From assembly GCA_965153285.1 (NCBI GenBank), contig OZ229110.1: 64,000 nt of DNA. The stretch is one strand, 5' to 3'. Below are positions 60,995-64,000 of the stretch, piece by piece. The translations under genes and the position numbers were made by a program. The DNA is from Podarcis tiliguerta (lineage: Eukaryota). Below the pieces are notes generated by a model. The model worked only from the letters and a program-made list of their open reading frames with translations, searched no databases and was not told where the DNA came from. The stretch's first letter is position 1. Every line of letters starts with the position of its first letter.

Positions 60995-63933
60995 TATTAA
61001 AGTAGAGGTATGTTCAAACCAAAGAGCAGAGAGGGAAGCTGCAGCTGCCTTAGCAGTGAGTAGGTTAAGGGCTGCCCCCCACGTACCTTGATGCCTTTGG
61101 TGTCCTCTTCATCAAAGGAGCCAATGTCAAAAGCGTCAGCTGCATTCACCTCCCCGCGTGGTGGGATCAAGGGGGGCGGATACTGTGAAGACATGGGGGG
61201 GGGGGAGTCAACCAAGGAGCAGAAGAGAGTCGCTTATCCCTTACAATTCCTTCTTTCCCTGATGGCCATCTTCAACTACCTAAAGGGCTGTCACACTGAA
61301 GAGGGAACAAGCTTGTTCTCTTCTGCTCTCGAGACTAGGTCCTGAACCAGTGGATTCGGTTACAAGAAAGGAGACTCCGACTAAACTTCAGGAAGAGCTT
61401 TATGACAGTAAGAGCTGTTCAACAGTTGAACAGACTCTCACGGGAGATTGTGGACTCTCCTTCATTGGAAGTTTTTAAGCAGAGGTTGGGTGGCTATCTG
61501 TCATGGATGCTTTAGTGGAGATTCCTGTATTGCAGGGTGTTGGACTAGATGACCCCTGGGGTCCCTTCCAACTCGATGATTCATGATGACCGAGCAGAGT
61601 CTTTATCCCCAGCAACTCCACTGTCTTCCCAACTGCCCTGCTCACCTTTTGGAGGAAAACCATCTGCCAGTCTAGACCCTGGAAGAAGGGACTCTCCTTC
61701 ACCTCAAGCGCCCTGTTGGAAAGACAGTTGCAGATTACACAGAGTTCCCTCTTCCCTTTGACCACTGAATAGTTAGGGCAGGGGTAGCCAATGCAGTGCC
61801 CACCAGATGGTATGAACTATTACACCCTTTGGTCCATGGGGAGGGAGGCTGGGTGCTCTTCATTACTATCTCTTGTCAACTACCTGAGTTAGGGGCTAGA
61901 GAAAAGCTTGGGAACAGCAGCTTCATCATGAACAGCCACACAGAACTGGAATGCTGCCTTTGTGTTCATCTAGCAGCTGAGCCATTTCCTTTGAAGGAAA
62001 ACTTGTTTTGTTTAAAAGGACATCAGGATTTAGCTTGGCCTAACCACATCTGCAGCTCTTGACTTTTACCACCTAGATTAACTCAGCTTGGTGTGCCTTC
62101 TTTGCCCCCTGCAAAAAAACCCAATAACCCTGAGCTGCTCTGTTTTGTTACGTCAAACAAAGGACAAGAGAGACATCGAGCAACTTAAAGGTAGGGCTGT
62201 GCAAATGCTGCAATTCTGCAGGTGCTCAGAAAGGCAGATATGAACTTCTCAGAAAGCTGGATTCTGCACCCAGAATCCGGCTTTCTGAAAAGTTCAGGTC
62301 TTATTTTTAAGGCAGGCAAGTCTGTAGTCCTTATGGTTTTGCATATATATTTGAAAGAATGTGAGCTACGCTTACTAAAAACTCAGAACCTAGAGAAAGA
62401 TGATCAGAGGTTCAGGGGCGGGCAGCTTCAGTCCTCTGTATGGCTTACTGCCCTCTCCATGGAAAAAGAAAACCAGAGCAAATTCTGCAAAAATAGCAAA
62501 AGCTCAGAAGAAACTGATTGACAAGAGAAAATGTGCAAACCTCTTATATACAAGTCAAAGAACACAGCTCTTGTTGACACAGAATCTGGATTGCCTAGCC
62601 ACAGAACGCTGTTAACACAAAGTCTGCACATCACACCTTAGAGGCTAAGTGACTCATCATAGCAGAAACGTTTATAGGAAAGAGCCGACTTCATCAGATG
62701 CAGGATGTAAACAAAGCTGATTTGTCCCTACATGAGACACGTCAGTTTCTGGGTTATATATATTCGTCGCAAGAGTGGAGAATAGCCTATTCTGGGGCAG
62801 GACTGTTTAATTTGCTCCGTTATTATTTTATGAAAGGGTGAATCAGCAAGTACCTAGGCAGGGACTCCCACCCGCCATTCTCTCTACAACAGATATTGTA
62901 TATGCAAGTGAGTAATAACGATTCATAGCTCTGAAAAGACCTGAAAAGTGTTGTGATAGAAAATTTTATGTTTTGAGAAAAATCAAAACTAGGCTAACAA
63001 AATCAGAAATAATGGAGAATAAAAGACAGCAGGGGGAAGAGACAGACTGCTAGGGTGCAGGGTAACATGAGGCGCACATTTTGCACACAGCAGCCAATTC
63101 AGTCCAAGATTGCTTCTCTGCAACCATTAAAAGCCATAAACTGGATTTTTTTAAGCAAGCAAACTCTGTGATTCTTTGAATTCCAGATCCTATCTTAGGT
63201 CTTGCGCTGAACAGGGTACTACATCGAAAGCCCAGAGCCGTGCCGATGAAGGAATAACGTTGCTGGAGCATTCCTTAGCTCCCGCAGTACATCCTCTGCT
63301 TCAAGGTCATCTAAATTTGAGTTATCAGATTGTGGCTTCAATCTGAACCTGAGGAACAGGGCAAGCAGGGAGCCTGGGAAAGCTAAGCTAACAGCAGGAT
63401 GCTAAGCCTGTCCCATAAATACTTTTTAAAAATGGAAGGCACTTCTTGGTCCTGTAGTGTGATATATATGTATTTTAAACCTGCCCTTGTTGTGGCAACC
63501 AGAGCACCTGGAAATAGCATGCTTGTCCATTTCCCCAGGTTTTTTTTTCAAACGAGAAGGGCTGAACTATTCTTAGCTGAGTTCCAAACAACAAAACTCC
63601 ACTCCACTGATAATTCTGAAAGCATTCTTTGTATAAGAAGGTTGGGCAACTTAATCCCCTCAGCCAACCAATGGCCTCCCAGATGCGCTTGGGCTACAGT
63701 TTCCCCTGACTGCTGACCAACCAGTCCAGCAACAACTGGAGGGCCACAGGAATCTCACTCCCCACCAACATCCCTGCCCTCCAGCCCATCCAGGCGCTTC
63801 AGCTGTCCCCCCCCCCCCCCCCGGAGACTCACCCGCGGCCCATACAACCCAGCCGACGGTTCACATCTCTCTGCAGCAGCCCCTCCAGCAGAGAGCGCAG
63901 CTCAGGTGAGAAGGAGTCTGGGAGCTCCACAGC
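54648..63933 (-). CDS. GRK2: G protein-coupled receptor kinase 2 (beta-adrenergic receptor kinase 1), last 7 coding exons; 5' part lies beyond the right edge
   Basis: Kinase C-lobe, AGC tail ([32 protein letters not shown]), PH domain, and GRK2-type C-terminus ([14 protein letters not shown]). Syntenic with ANKRD13D and SSH3. Confidence 0.96.
56990..57700 (+). mobile_element. L2 LINE fragment interrupted by a MITE
   Basis: Degenerate [13 protein letters not shown]-type ORF2 remnant. Confidence 0.65.
57298..57534. mobile_element. Tc1/mariner (pogo/Tigger-like) MITE nested in an L2 fragment
   Basis: TA-CAGTGGTACCTC ... GAGGTACCACTG-TA. Confidence 0.9.
57793..58150 (-). mobile_element. Sauria SINE
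   Basis: (ACCTTT)n tail, Bov-B-like 3' region (GGTCATGTGGCCAGCATGAC, GGTACCTATTTATCTACTTGCAC) and tRNA-like head. Confidence 0.9.
58470..58583 (-). CDS. GRK2: GRK2 exon (PH domain)
   Basis: [42 protein letters not shown]. Confidence 0.95.
58826..58962 (-). CDS. GRK2: GRK2 exon (PH domain)
   Basis: (D)[49 protein letters not shown]. Confidence 0.96.
59273..59435 (-). CDS. GRK2: GRK2 exon
   Basis: [24 protein letters not shown]...QLGHEE, GT-AG. Confidence 0.96.
60941..60998. repeat. (TTA)n microsatellite
   Basis: Directly visible. Confidence 0.95.
61087..61182 (-). CDS. GRK2: GRK2 exon
   Basis: [36 protein letters not shown]. Confidence 0.96.
61260..61588 (+). mobile_element. CR1 LINE 3' fragment
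   Basis: Degenerate ORF2 end ([10 protein letters not shown]) and CR1 3' UTR ending GGTCCCTTCCAACTC. Confidence 0.85.
61646..61712 (-). CDS. GRK2: GRK2 exon
   Basis: [26 protein letters not shown]. Confidence 0.95.
63833..63933 (-). CDS. GRK2: GRK2 exon
   Basis: [33 protein letters not shown](G), GT-AG. Confidence 0.95.
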
Positions 63934-64000
63934 CTGTGGGAACGAGAAGGGCAGAATTATTCTCATTATTAATTCTTACATTTGAACACCGCCCTACACC

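Noticed and set aside
63806-63822. Long poly-C/poly-G tracts here and near 28206 and 39019 as functional G-quadruplexes
   Set aside because: Homopolymer runs are common in this genome and error-prone in assembly; nothing supports a specific function.

Overview
Vertebrate genomic DNA from a squamate reptile, probably a lacertid lizard (Sauria SINE, CR1, L2, Penelope relics, hAT and Tc1-mariner MITEs). Four multi-exon protein-coding genes lie in tandem on the minus strand. In transcription order they are the 3' part of GRK2 (7 exons), a complete ANKRD13D (15 coding exons, 637 aa), a complete SSH3 (14 coding exons, 767 aa), and the 5' part of a Mondo-family gene (MLXIP/MondoA and MLXIPL/ChREBP family) that runs off the left edge. 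GRK2-ANKRD13D-SSH3 is the conserved human 11q13 block, where mammals have no known Mondo gene. The best candidate for something new is therefore a third vertebrate Mondo paralogue. It has substitutions in the glucose-sensing module and NLS region, a candidate uORF, and RFX X-box-like promoter motifs. Exon boundaries were read by hand from GT-AG sites and frame continuity. Comparisons with human proteins and loci are from memory and need database confirmation.
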